Shown piece by piece: positions 20,189-29,310 of a stretch of DNA of 64,000 nucleotides. The DNA lies in IMG/VR virus record IMGVR_UViG_651053001_000005, positions 1 through 64,000 of that record. The stretch is one strand, 5' to 3'. Numbering within the stretch: position 1 is the first letter of the stretch; each line of letters opens with the position of its first letter. Under the pieces are notes generated by a model, which saw only the letters and a list, made by a program, of their open reading frames with translations, searched no databases and was not told the DNA's origin. A program made the translations under genes and the position numbers. Source of the stretch: an uncultured virus (IMG/VR IMGVR_UViG_651053001_000005) (taxonomy: Duplodnaviria; Heunggongvirae; Uroviricota; Caudoviricetes).

Positions 20189-20405
20189 TAATTCTATTCA
20201 CCATTTCTCTAAGCTCTTCAAGCTTCACTTTTGCATTTTCATATTCCCACTCTGGATAATACAAAGATTCCAGCTCCAAAATTCTTCTCTTGAGTAGATT
20301 GAGAACTTCTGATAATGCCTTATCCATTCCAATTTCCTCAGCAGTTGTGTTTGAATTTATCAGAGCTTCTCGAATACGTTGAGACTTCCTTTGACTTATA
20401 CTAAT
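20109..20405 (-). CDS. hypothetical protein, probable ATT start
   Basis: Frame open 26 codons upstream of the track ATG, to an ATT after AGGAGATGA. Confidence 0.55.
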   Translation of the reverse strand: MSISQRKSQRIREALINSNTTAEEIGMDKALSEVLNLLKRRILELESLYYPEWEYENAKVKLEELREMVNRINVLRGTGKDEQSEFENAGSGFTSQQI

Positions 20406-20456
20406 GTCTAATCATCTCCTTAAAATCATCCTTTTATGCAGTTTCCAAAAGCTCTT

Positions 20457-20762
20457 TCATTTAGCTTCTCTCCACTCAAAACCGATATTAACGTTTGCTT
20501 GTTTAGGTCTGATAACTTCAACTGTGCTACCTCTGTCAGACAACCTGCTTTTTAATGCCTTCATATCCTTGTATGGCGATATTTGAAAGGAACTCAGATT
20601 GATAAGTATAACTTCATGTTTATCTTTAGCGGCATACTCTCTGTCTAGTGTTCTAACAATGTATACATGAGCATCATTTATTTTAATGAAGTACCCGTCC
20701 TCTATCTCTTTCACCTTCGGCTTATCTGCTTCGTTCTTTCTAATCTTTAAATTTATTGGCAT
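20457..20762 (-). CDS. hypothetical protein, near-identical paralog of 46334..46633
   Basis: Direct sequence comparison. Confidence 0.8.
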   Translation of the reverse strand: MPINLKIRKNEADKPKVKEIEDGYFIKINDAHVYIVRTLDREYAAKDKHEVILINLSSFQISPYKDMKALKSRLSDRGSTVEVIRPKQANVNIGFEWREAK

Positions 20763-20806
20763 TCTCTTCCCCCTTATTTCTATAAAATAAAACTTTTAAT
20801 TAAATC

Positions 20807-21004
20807 TCAATCAACTGATTCGTATTTAACCCTTGGATAAGTTGTTTGCATATAAACTTTTTTCATGCACAATGGACATTGAAACGGATACTTCGGTGGG
20901 TTTGATGTGAGCATCATATTTGCAAACACGAGCTCTGGAGCTTCCTCGCATTCATCACAATGCAACGTCTCTCTAAAAACTTTAACTTGCTGCGATTTAA
21001 TCAT
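20807..21004 (-). CDS. small CxxC..CxxC zinc-ribbon protein
   Basis: CDEC / CPLC. Confidence 0.7.
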   Translation of the reverse strand: MIKSQQVKVFRETLHCDECEEAPELVFANMMLTSNPPKYPFQCPLCMKKVYMQTTYPRVKYESVD

Positions 21005-21022
21005 ATTCAGATTCCTCCTTCG

Positions 21023-21370
21023 TTAAATAAACAATGTACTAACATACAGAACAATCAATGCAAAAGCTGAATACAGTAAAGACTTACCTGCTTTCTTGAA
21101 GATATTCTCGTTTCTTTCTTGATCTGACTGTTTTACACCTTTGACAAATATATTAAGTAAAACACCGATAACAAATGAATGAGATAAAGTAACATGAACA
21201 TTTTGAATATTGTATGTATCAATAAGCAATGGATTTAACACATGATTTAATCCGTAATAAACAACTAGTGACATAGTCAATGCTTCAACAAAAATGAGCA
21301 ATCCAACTACAATCAGAGAACCTGATCCGATAAAGAAACCGTTCCGAATATCTTTTGTATCCTTATTCAA
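21023..21370 (-). CDS. membrane protein (YosE-like)
   Basis: Three hydrophobic segments. Confidence 0.7.
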   Translation of the reverse strand: MNKDTKDIRNGFFIGSGSLIVVGLLIFVEALTMSLVVYYGLNHVLNPLLIDTYNIQNVHVTLSHSFVIGVLLNIFVKGVKQSDQERNENIFKKAGKSLLYSAFALIVLYVSTLFI

Positions 21371-21384
21371 TAAATATCTCTCCT

Positions 21385-21792
21385 TTAGTCTTTTTTAATT
21401 AGCCTCTTCCACCAGGAAGTTTTACGTTTTTCTTCTTGCTCTTTAAAGCGTTCATATTCTTGTTTAAGTTGCTGATTAAATTCCTCTATTTTATCTTGTG
21501 TTTGAATCGCTTTTTCAAGGCTTTCTTTATCTTCAATTGTTTTAATTACCTTGTCAGTCTGATATGTCCATTCATTTTTTGTATTGCGCTGCCTGTCTGT
21601 TACGACTACGTATTCGTTAAACCCTGGGATATACACTTTCCCTTCGATTTCAATTGGGTCTAAGTCAATGATCCCTTCAAAAAATGGCTGGTATCTACAT
21701 TGCTTCTCAATTGGGACAAGGGCATCACACAGGTCTAATGTCCAACTTTTCTTAATTACCTTACCTTCAAATGTTGCTTTATGGCGTCCCAC
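21385..21792 (-). CDS. hypothetical protein (YosD-like)
   Basis: ORF track, GGAGGTGA RBS. Confidence 0.7.
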   Translation of the reverse strand: MGRHKATFEGKVIKKSWTLDLCDALVPIEKQCRYQPFFEGIIDLDPIEIEGKVYIPGFNEYVVVTDRQRNTKNEWTYQTDKVIKTIEDKESLEKAIQTQDKIEEFNQQLKQEYERFKEQEEKRKTSWWKRLIKKD

Positions 21793-21804
21793 TTATTCAC
21801 CTCC

Positions 21805-22125
21805 TTAAATGTAACTGCCTAATGTGTAATCTGAGATAATTCCCTCTTCAATTAAGTAGGACATAATTTCTTGGACTTTATCATGTATGATATGTGGAAA
21901 TTCAAGTTTTTCTCTTGTATAAGCATTCATGTAGTACTGATAATCATATGGTTGCAAACATCTTTCATTTAAAATATCTATTTCACCTTTGAGACTGTTT
22001 TTATGTATTGTTAAATTAAATGTGATGTTAGGCTGGATTGATTTTATGAAGTACCACTTTGATTTCACGTGATCTGTAAAACCAATATCCCTCATTTGTT
22101 TCTCTTCAAGTATGTGAAACCTCAT
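21805..22125 (-). CDS. hypothetical protein
   Basis: ORF track. Confidence 0.7.
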   Translation of the reverse strand: MRFHILEEKQMRDIGFTDHVKSKWYFIKSIQPNITFNLTIHKNSLKGEIDILNERCLQPYDYQYYMNAYTREKLEFPHIIHDKVQEIMSYLIEEGIISDYTLGSYI

Positions 22126-22247
22126 TTTTCTCCCTCATTGATGATTTTCTTTAAGGCTTTTAAAAGCATGTTTAGTGATTTCTTGTCACCCATTTCATCC
22201 CGATTGACCTCAATAAAGTGAATTGCTGACGTTAATTTATCCTGCAT
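22122..22247 (-). CDS. 41-aa protein MQDKLTSAIHF...IINEGEK
   Basis: AAGGAG RBS; ATGA coupling to the next gene. Confidence 0.6.
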   Translation of the reverse strand: MQDKLTSAIHFIEVNRDEMGDKKSLNMLLKALKKIINEGEK

Positions 22248-22284
22248 TTCAGTTGCTCCTTTCACCATAAAAATTGAATTTTAT

Positions 22285-22488
22285 CTAGACATTGTTGATA
22301 ATCAGTAAAACCAAACCTGCCAAGAATAACAAACCAGCTAAAACTAATAATCCTAGAGCTATTTGAGCTTTTATTCTCCTTTTAATTCCATATGTATCTA
22401 GTGAAACTATTCCAATCAACAAAAGACCCGTGATTTCAAGAATGTTAATGACTAGCTGCAATATTTTCACACTCATCCAGTTTTGCAA
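22285..22488 (-). CDS. small two-TM membrane protein
   Basis: ORF track; start uncertain. Confidence 0.6.
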   Translation of the reverse strand: MQNWMSVKILQLVINILEITGLLLIGIVSLDTYGIKRRIKAQIALGLLVLAGLLFLAGLVLLIINNV

Positions 22489-22651
22489 GCTTGCACCATA
22501 CTCCTAATGAGCCTCCTGCTTTCAGTTCTTGGGCTGCAGTCATTGCTTGCTCTCCTTTATTAAATACTGCTACCTTTCCATCTAAGCCAGTCATCTTTCC
22601 AACGAATTCTTTACCTGCATAGACCTCAACTACCCATTTTTCATTGTTCAT
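22445..22651 (-). CDS. hypothetical protein (MNNEKWVVEV...)
   Basis: GAGGAG RBS before the internal ATG. Confidence 0.6.
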   Translation of the reverse strand: MNNEKWVVEVYAGKEFVGKMTGLDGKVAVFNKGEQAMTAAQELKAGGSLGVWCKLAKLDECENIAASH

Positions 22652-22747
22652 GATTATTCTCTCCTCATTATTTGTTTTGATTTGTCGTATACTGCGCTTG
22701 CCCGGGAAATTGTGAATATTCCTTCTGAACATTTTCCTTGCTCTTGT

Positions 22748-22927
22748 TCATATCACTGTAAGAATAACTCCGAGAAGGAGTGAACATCCTCCGATTAAGA
22801 AAACCGTAAGATAAAATGGTTTGCCTTCTTTAAAGTTCTTATTCTCAACCAAACATGCCATTCCATTGCCTAAGAATATTGATCCGAATAAGATCAGACC
22901 CAGTATCAAATATGAAATTACATTCAT
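22748..22927 (-). CDS. 59-aa two-TM membrane protein
   Basis: Hand-translated MNVISYLILGLILFGS...VILTVI, AAGGAG RBS. Confidence 0.65.
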   Translation of the reverse strand: MNVISYLILGLILFGSIFLGNGMACLVENKNFKEGKPFYLTVFLIGGCSLLLGVILTVI

Positions 22928-22945
22928 CGCAGATTATCTCCTTAT

Positions 22946-23209
22946 CTACTCATGAGTTGATTCGCGATTAGCTTTCATTGTAGCCACAAAGCTATCATCA
23001 AAAGCTTTTTCAGTTAATACATGCTTGCTATACGGTTCCACTAATGTCCAGATTCCTCTTCCTTCTTTTTCAACCCTCAATGCCAACTTTTCTGCCACTT
23101 CCAGAGAATCAAAAATCAAATCTTCTCCTGTGACAAAGTTGTTGTACACTCTGCCTTTATTTGTCTCCCCATCACGTCTAACCACTACTACCCATTGTTC
23201 TTGTTTCAT
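22946..23209 (-). CDS. hypothetical protein
   Basis: ORF track; resembles 22445..22651 (W-V-V...A...A...W pattern). Confidence 0.65.
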   Translation of the reverse strand: MKQEQWVVVVRRDGETNKGRVYNNFVTGEDLIFDSLEVAEKLALRVEKEGRGIWTLVEPYSKHVLTEKAFDDSFVATMKANRESTHE

Positions 23210-23255
23210 TTAACATCTCTCCATTCTAGATAAAAGTAATATTTTATTTTTACTC

Positions 23256-23441
23256 TTAAAGTAGTTGCAAGTATTCCAACGTCTTTTCTAATTTCATGTC
23301 TTTACAATTCTCAATGCATTCTTTCTTGATTGCTTCTCCGCATTCTTTATGTACCTGGAATTCCCTGTATTCTTTGTTGTCGGATATTCTTATGTAATAA
23401 ACGATCTCGCCTATGTGATCCTTGCATTTAACACACTCCAA
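23256..23441 (-). CDS. small Cys-rich protein (YorZ-like)
   Basis: CxxC...HxxC. Confidence 0.65.
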   Translation of the reverse strand: MECVKCKDHIGEIVYYIRISDNKEYREFQVHKECGEAIKKECIENCKDMKLEKTLEYLQLL

Positions 23442-23467
23442 TGCATCACCTCGCTTCCTATATTTCT

Positions 23468-23526
23468 AATATACTCGCATTCTCTCGAACAATCAACAAC
23501 TATTTTATTTTTATTCTCAAAAAGTT
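23468..23526 (-). promoter_or_regulatory. sigma-A promoter with upstream SPBRE-like element
   Basis: TTGATT-N17-TATATT preceded by GAATAAAAATAAAATA. Confidence 0.75.
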
Positions 23527-23699
23527 TCTTTTAAATTTCTTAGCTTTACTGTTGCAGCCAAAATATCCGAATCACACCTTTTCCATATACGGTCATCCTC
23601 TGGCCTTAAATTGTTCTCTAAGTAAACCCAAAGCTTATCCAGTATCTCCTCAATCTCATCAACGTCATTATTAATGATATCCCTGGCAATATCCCTAAT
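23517..23699 (-). CDS. 60-aa protein (YorY-like), ATT start
   Basis: GGAGG-N9-ATT AGG GAT...; IRDIARDIINNDV...LKETF. Confidence 0.65.
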   Translation of the reverse strand: MRDIARDIINNDVDEIEEILDKLWVYLENNLRPEDDRIWKRCDSDILAATVKLRNLKETF

Positions 23700-23714
23700 T
23701 ACCCGAAACCTCCT

Positions 23715-23942
23715 CTACGAGAATATGATTATAGCTTTCCCGTTGTCATTCTTTATGTACGGCGAATGTTTTCTCTGAAGGTAATTTGTCTCCTTACCTT
23801 CCCCAGTGCTCACGTTATAAACAGTCTTTACCTTATGTATGTCTAATGCCTTCCGTTTAGCCTCTTCTGTAGACGTTGCTTCAATTACCAAAGACGCGTT
23901 TTCGCCTTTGTGATTCCTACATCTAACATAGTACCTTTTCAA
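23715..23942 (-). CDS. hypothetical protein (YorX-like)
   Basis: ORF track, synteny. Confidence 0.7.
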   Translation of the reverse strand: MKRYYVRCRNHKGENASLVIEATSTEEAKRKALDIHKVKTVYNVSTGEGKETNYLQRKHSPYIKNDNGKAIIIFS

Positions 23943-23979
23943 TAAACATCCCTTTATCCTTTCTTTTTATCCTGTTGTA

Positions 23980-24198
23980 TTAATCCTCTTTTAGGTAAGT
24001 CTTAAAAAACTCTTCTAGGTTTGCAGCAATTGCACCGGCAACTTCTGCACAATGAGCATGACTCTTTTCTTGAGATCTTAAAAACTCAACCGCAGACTTA
24101 GCAATGGCTTTTATTTTCCCCTCGTCTAATTTGCCGCTTCTTACTTCATCTTTAATTTTTTCGGCTTCCTCTTTTAAACTTTCTGGATAGTTAACCAC
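23980..24198 (-). CDS. hypothetical protein (YorV-like)
   Basis: ORF track, synteny. Confidence 0.7.
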   Translation of the reverse strand: MVNYPESLKEEAEKIKDEVRSGKLDEGKIKAIAKSAVEFLRSQEKSHAHCAEVAGAIAANLEEFFKTYLKED

Positions 24199-24248
24199 AG
24201 GATCGATTCACCTCTTGTATTTTATTTTTACTCTTTAAAAGACAAATT

Positions 24249-25760
24249 TTATTCAGATTCTTTATTAACGTATGTATGTATTAATTCCTTGAATATTGAC
24301 TCAAGTACAGTTACAGTAATTGAATTGCCGGCTTGCTTGTACAACTGCGAATTACTAATTCCCACTGATAAAGCTTTCTCAAAATCTTCTTCATCAAATG
24401 CTTGCAGCCTCCAACATTCTAATGGAGTGAGCTTTCTAATTCTGTATTTTGGGTATTCACCAATTGCTACACCATGACGATCAATTGTATTAACAGTGAA
24501 GGCCGGTTCATCGTCTTCTTTAAAGCGTCTGCCATTTTGTCTTTTTTCTTCCCTTTCTGGAGTTAAGACGGGTCTTATTTCAGGGTTTGGCACAGAAATT
24601 TTCACCCCTTCACCCTTATTTGTTGTTATAGTTGGACTTAGCCCATTTGAATTGTAAACCTGGCCATTCATTCCTTTTCCTGAAGGATTAATATTACCAA
24701 CATACTCAACAGCAATTTTAGGTTCTCTATGACCTCCTCCCATAGTTGTTAATGTTGGTGACACCCCATCAGGCGAGTACACTCTTTTAATTGCATCATG
24801 TCCTTTTAGATCAATGTGACCAATCATGATCGGGTCTTCCACTTTGTATAGCGAAATCTGCCCTCCAAGACCACCTACCGATTGGGATGTCAAAGTTGTT
24901 GCAATGCCATTTGAATCATAGACTCTATTGCCTTGTTTAAAGTTTCTGGAATATGTTTTTCCGTTATTCAGCCACCTCTTTCCTACGTTAATGCCACCAA
25001 CAAACACCACATCTTTTTCTTTTGGTTTTTCAATTTGTTCAATCAGTTTAGATGTTTTTTCTTCGCTTAAGTAATACTTCTCATCTACATATTCCTCAAG
25101 AATTTCTCGCAATCTCTGTCCAACAATATCTTGTGCAGACCATTTAAAATTGAAACTTTTTATATTTAATTCTTTTAATCTCTTTTTTCCCTTACTTAAA
25201 ACATCGTTCCTTCCCTTTTCCAAAACCCATTCGTCATTTTCAATTAGATCTTCTCGAACTCCAATTATGTATATACGCTCACGATTCTGAGGAACATTGA
25301 AAAATTTTGAATTAAGCAGCTCTAGGTCAATTCTGTAACCAACCTCACTAAAAGCTTCTGCCATCACATTCAAGGTGCTGCCTTTATCATGATTAATTAA
25401 CCCTTTAACATTCTCAAAAACAAAGAACTTTGGTTGCTTTTCCTTAAGAGTTTCAATGTATTGAAAAAACAACGTCCCCCTTGTATCTTCAAATCCTTTC
25501 CGATGCCCGGCTACACTAAAGCTTTGACAAGGAGATCCTCCAACTAAAAGATCAAATTCAGGCAAAAACGTTTTATCTATCTTACTTACATCACCGTAGT
25601 TTAGCTGCTCATCAACGTTGTGAATTGCACAATATGACTTAATGGCATACTTATCAATTTCGCTAAAGCCAACCAGTTCATATTCGACCCCAATGTTTCT
25701 TAGCGCAGCTTCAAATGCACCGATTCCACTAAAAAGACTCATTACACGTAGTTTACTCAA
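24249..25760 (-). CDS. mtbP: multispecific C5-cytosine DNA methyltransferase with four TRD-like modules
   Basis: FSGIG, GSPCQSFS, ENV, QNRER, YKQAGNS; repeated VY...G..PTL/TI-T modules. Confidence 0.95.
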   Translation of the reverse strand: MSKLRVMSLFSGIGAFEAALRNIGVEYELVGFSEIDKYAIKSYCAIHNVDEQLNYGDVSKIDKTFLPEFDLLVGGSPCQSFSVAGHRKGFEDTRGTLFFQYIETLKEKQPKFFVFENVKGLINHDKGSTLNVMAEAFSEVGYRIDLELLNSKFFNVPQNRERIYIIGVREDLIENDEWVLEKGRNDVLSKGKKRLKELNIKSFNFKWSAQDIVGQRLREILEEYVDEKYYLSEEKTSKLIEQIEKPKEKDVVFVGGINVGKRWLNNGKTYSRNFKQGNRVYDSNGIATTLTSQSVGGLGGQISLYKVEDPIMIGHIDLKGHDAIKRVYSPDGVSPTLTTMGGGHREPKIAVEYVGNINPSGKGMNGQVYNSNGLSPTITTNKGEGVKISVPNPEIRPVLTPEREEKRQNGRRFKEDDEPAFTVNTIDRHGVAIGEYPKYRIRKLTPLECWRLQAFDEEDFEKALSVGISNSQLYKQAGNSITVTVLESIFKELIHTYVNKESE

Positions 25761-25808
25761 TAAACAACCTCCATATATTTTATTTTTATTCTAAATAAAA
25801 TTGATCTT

Positions 25809-26645
25809 TTATTTAGAATTTGCGTACCCTCTAAGTCTTTCGTTTGCAATCTCAATATATTTTGCTTCAGTTTCAAATCCAATCCATTTCCTCCCAAGCA
25901 TCTCACTTGCAATTGCAGTTGTCCCGCTCCCCATAAACGGGTCTAACACAACTTGCCCTTCATTAGTGAATGCTTTTATAAAAAACTCAGGAAGTTCCAC
26001 TGGAAATACTGCTGGATGTTTAGATTGTAATGTGTATTGGTTTGATTTTTGTGGAATATGTAAGTGGTTTGATGGTAACGCCAAACTCCTGTTAACCATG
26101 GTTTCATTTCTTCTCATGCCAGCAAATCCGCTTCCGTTTTTAGTAAGACCCGTCGCTTTTCGATTAGCTCTTTTTAAGCTTTCTTCTTTCATCGGAACGC
26201 CAACTGCATATGGATTAAAAACAATTTCGCTTGATTTTGCAAAGTGGAAAATTGGTTCGAACCCATTTTTAAAGCGACCTTTAAAACGACCAGGGACTCC
26301 ATTTTTTGTCCAGGTAAATTCATCAACAAACCTCCAGCCTAGTTCTTTCTTCAGCGCGATTACTAATTCATAAACATATAATTCACGCTCACCCTTTGAA
26401 CAATGTGATTTAATGTTTATAAAGAAACTTCCGGAAGGCTTCAATACTCTATAAAGTTCTTTAGCAATAGGAATAAACCAATTCACATACTCACTAGTTT
26501 TAATAGACTTATATTCTCCCTCTCTTCTATCTGCATATGGTGGGCTGGTTACAATTAAATCGATACTTTCATTTTTTAGTTCCTTTAATCCATCTAAGCA
26601 ATCTATCTTATAAATTTCATTAAATTTTAATTCGTTTATTTTCAA
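25809..26645 (-). CDS. beta-class amino (N4-C/N6-A) DNA methyltransferase
   Basis: TSPPY motif IV before HPAVFP and DPFMGSGTT motif I. Confidence 0.92.
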   Translation of the reverse strand: MKINELKFNEIYKIDCLDGLKELKNESIDLIVTSPPYADRREGEYKSIKTSEYVNWFIPIAKELYRVLKPSGSFFINIKSHCSKGERELYVYELVIALKKELGWRFVDEFTWTKNGVPGRFKGRFKNGFEPIFHFAKSSEIVFNPYAVGVPMKEESLKRANRKATGLTKNGSGFAGMRRNETMVNRSLALPSNHLHIPQKSNQYTLQSKHPAVFPVELPEFFIKAFTNEGQVVLDPFMGSGTTAIASEMLGRKWIGFETEAKYIEIANERLRGYANSK

Positions 26646-26769
26646 AAGCCTCTTCCTTTCTCTATAAAAGAGATATTTTAATCAGATTCACAAACACTTC
26701 ACACATTTCAAATATTTAACATGCTAGACTGGAGTTGTAATCACAATCAAAACCTAGGAGGTAATTCTT

Positions 26770-27117
26770 ATGAAAAAGTTTTACAAAGGATTGATTGTTT
26801 CTGCTCTATCGCTTACAGCACTAGCACTCCCTGCATTCACATCACAGGCTTCTGCTTTAACCCCTGTCAAATCAGTTGATCAAGTTAAGCAGCTAGGTGA
26901 TCCGCTTGGTACAGTTGATTTTCACATGCTGAGGAATTCTAACGTATCTCTATTAAAAGGCTACACCCGTTGGGAAATCGTATCTGGAAGCAACCTTATA
27001 AGCATTAGTTCCAGTGGTGTCGTATCCTCTCGTTCAACTTTGGGCACTGCATTGGTTTACGCGTATGACATTAACGACAATTATGTGATTTATAAAATTA
27101 CAGTAGAAGCACGTTAG
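26770..27117 (+). CDS. secreted protein with signal peptide and possible Ig-like domain
   Basis: MKK + hydrophobic core + ASA; ISISSSGVV..GTA.V beta pattern; own RBS and terminator. Confidence 0.7.
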   Translation: MKKFYKGLIVSALSLTALALPAFTSQASALTPVKSVDQVKQLGDPLGTVDFHMLRNSNVSLLKGYTRWEIVSGSNLISISSSGVVSSRSTLGTALVYAYDINDNYVIYKITVEAR

Positions 27118-27123
27118 TTTACT

Positions 27124-27147
27124 AAGGAGTGTTAATTCACTCCTTTT
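27124..27147 (+). terminator. intrinsic terminator
   Basis: AAGGAGTG-ttaatt-CACTCCTT-TT. Confidence 0.75.
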
Positions 27148-27178
27148 AACTTTATTTTCACTCTAAATCTAATCTATT

Positions 27179-27697
27179 TTAAAGTAATTTCCGTTCAATC
27201 TCTTCCCAATTCATAACACGAATAAATCTATTGTCATTCCTGTTATGGGGAGCATCAAATAGTATCTTCATTCCTTCAAATGTTTCTAAATTATGTATTC
27301 CGTCATCAATCATGATGTCTGCTTTAATTATGTTTTTATTGCCACAAAGCACAACATTGCTATGTGGAATAAATGGAAAATGCTCTGTGAGCCATTCTAA
27401 CTTAGCTTTAAGGGATTCTGGATGGTTTGTTGCTGTAGTAACAACATATACTTCATATTTTTTCGTCAGCTCCTCAACTGCCCTCTGACTCCCTTCTATA
27501 ACATCCAGATTCCTGAACAATTCGTAATCCAAATGTCTATAAACATTGTTTTGGGTATTTGAATATTTGCTGATATCCCAGCACAGTATATCTTCCTCTT
27601 TTAGAAAAGGATCGTCGTAGACGTTAATGTAGGCTACCCAATCACTTAGTAAATCAGCTAAAACTTGATCCATATCAATTGCAATTACTTTCTTCAT
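27179..27697 (-). CDS. yorS: 5'(3')-deoxyribonucleotidase (HAD family)
   Basis: IDMDQVL, K..WL..HFP, IDD motifs. Confidence 0.92.
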   Translation of the reverse strand: MKKVIAIDMDQVLADLLSDWVAYINVYDDPFLKEEDILCWDISKYSNTQNNVYRHLDYELFRNLDVIEGSQRAVEELTKKYEVYVVTTATNHPESLKAKLEWLTEHFPFIPHSNVVLCGNKNIIKADIMIDDGIHNLETFEGMKILFDAPHNRNDNRFIRVMNWEEIERKLL

Positions 27698-28202
27698 AAA
27701 TCACCCCATCCACTAAAAAGATTATGTCTTCAGCAATTTCTTTACTAGACCACTGCTCAGTATCCCATGAATATGTATGTAATCCTGCATCGCTCATTAC
27801 TTCTCTATATAACTCTAAGACCGGTTCAATGTCTCGATCATTTATGTATTCGTCACCCCGTTCAAGTAAACGTTGCTTAATAACTTTTGGATCAGCATGT
27901 AAGTAGATCACTTTGGCTTTATCTCTAATCTTCTTCTCGATTGTTCTTTGCTGCTCTTCCGTTAAAATTGAGTAATCCTTGAACTTCTTCGCATAAACCA
28001 GATTTGAATATATGTATCGATCAATAATTACATTGTCCTCATCGGCCAGCTTGTTGAAGTGTTCAAACAGCTTCTCATTTCCGCTCTTGGCCAATTCAAA
28101 GCTGGATCCCTTTATTACCGGATATCCGAGTTCTTTGCTTAGCTTATCTGCTATTGTTGATTTGTAGCAGCAGTCAGTGCCTTCTAAAATAATCATCGTC
28201 AT
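27675..28202 (-). CDS. yorR: deoxynucleoside monophosphate kinase-like P-loop protein
   Basis: EGTDCCYKST, DR...S..VY. Confidence 0.85.
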   Translation of the reverse strand: MTMIILEGTDCCYKSTIADKLSKELGYPVIKGSSFELAKSGNEKLFEHFNKLADEDNVIIDRYIYSNLVYAKKFKDYSILTEEQQRTIEKKIRDKAKVIYLHADPKVIKQRLLERGDEYINDRDIEPVLELYREVMSDAGLHTYSWDTEQWSSKEIAEDIIFLVDGVIYEESNCN

Positions 28203-28357
28203 TTATCTTCCACCCTTCTTACATTGCTGAAGCCTATCACTCTATATGAGCCGTCTGGAAACTCAACTTCTAATTGCTCATGTCCTTTATCAACTTGCGC
28301 AACAACACCAATCTCACCCGTGAAACCTGCAATCACCTTCTCTCCCTTTTTAAACAA
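28199..28357 (-). CDS. yorQ: 52-aa SH3-like protein
   Basis: Hand-translated MFKKGEKVIAGFTGEIGVV...; GGAGG RBS; ATGA coupling. Confidence 0.65.
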   Translation of the reverse strand: MFKKGEKVIAGFTGEIGVVAQVDKGHEQLEVEFPDGSYRVIGFSNVRRVEDK

Positions 28358-28361
28358 ACAA

Positions 28362-28565
28362 TTAACCTCCTTTAGCTGGATTTATTTCATGCTCCTTGAA
28401 GAATGTAATATCACCTGTTTCATCACTGACCGCGTAATCATATATGGCAGAGTGCATCAACTCAACAATCTTCCCTTCCCGTCCAACATGATGAGGACAA
28501 GCACTCTTTGCATTCTCATTTATGATGACTTTTAACCCTTCTGGATAAGACCAAAACTTCGGCAA
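28362..28565 (-). CDS. yorP: YorP-family protein
   Basis: MPKFWSYPEGLKV... recalled; synteny. Confidence 0.8.
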   Translation of the reverse strand: MPKFWSYPEGLKVIINENAKSACPHHVGREGKIVELMHSAIYDYAVSDETGDITFFKEHEINPAKGG

Positions 28566-28576
28566 TTAACCGCCTC

Positions 28577-29284
28577 CTAACTAATAATCGAGATTGTCCC
28601 ACTTTGTTTACCAAAATTAACTGCGTCACGCTCGGTTGCTACGAGCAAGTCCACTTTATTTCCAACAATTGCGCCACCAGTATCAATTGCTATTGCTTTA
28701 AATGTTCTCCCACCAATTCTTACTTCAACTATTGAATTCAATGGAATAACACTTGGATCAGTTGCAATTACACGATACCCTTTGTAATAGATTGATTGAG
28801 TGACATTAACACCTGTTCTAGTTGTTCCTGTGCATCCTTCTTGGCAGTGGGCAATATAAGCACTCAGCTTAACCTGGATGGTTTTCTTTGCGGCCGGTGG
28901 CTTGTTTTCTTTTTCTTCAATACTAATTTTATTTTTATTCTTAAAAAGTTTATGCTTTACCGTCTCACCTCCCTTCCTGTGCCTTTTCTTACTTTGCTTA
29001 GGTTTAATGAGTTTTGCTGAGATAATCTTCTCTGTATGCCTTTTTAATTGTTGTTCTTTGTTCGTTTGAGCTTTTTTAAATAGCCGTGAGACAATATTCT
29101 CACTTGATGGTATCCTAATCTGTCTAGGCTTCTTATAAAATGATTCTTTTATCGAGTTTTCATTTCCCTCGGTTTTATGTAAATGCTGCTCATAACTTAT
29201 GTAAGAAAAAGTGGTTAAGGGAATTAAAATCATCATACCATAAACAGACTTGAAAATGCGTGTTTTTATTTTATTTTTATCCAT
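28577..29284 (-). CDS. yorM: membrane-anchored 3D-domain (lytic transglycosylase-like) protein
   Basis: SAY...IATDP.VIPL.S...A.DTGGAI.GN.VDL. Confidence 0.88.
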   Translation of the reverse strand: MDKNKIKTRIFKSVYGMMILIPLTTFSYISYEQHLHKTEGNENSIKESFYKKPRQIRIPSSENIVSRLFKKAQTNKEQQLKRHTEKIISAKLIKPKQSKKRHRKGGETVKHKLFKNKNKISIEEKENKPPAAKKTIQVKLSAYIAHCQEGCTGTTRTGVNVTQSIYYKGYRVIATDPSVIPLNSIVEVRIGGRTFKAIAIDTGGAIVGNKVDLLVATERDAVNFGKQSGTISIIS

Positions 29285-29310
29285 AAAATTTTTATCGATA
29301 ATCCTGCCTC

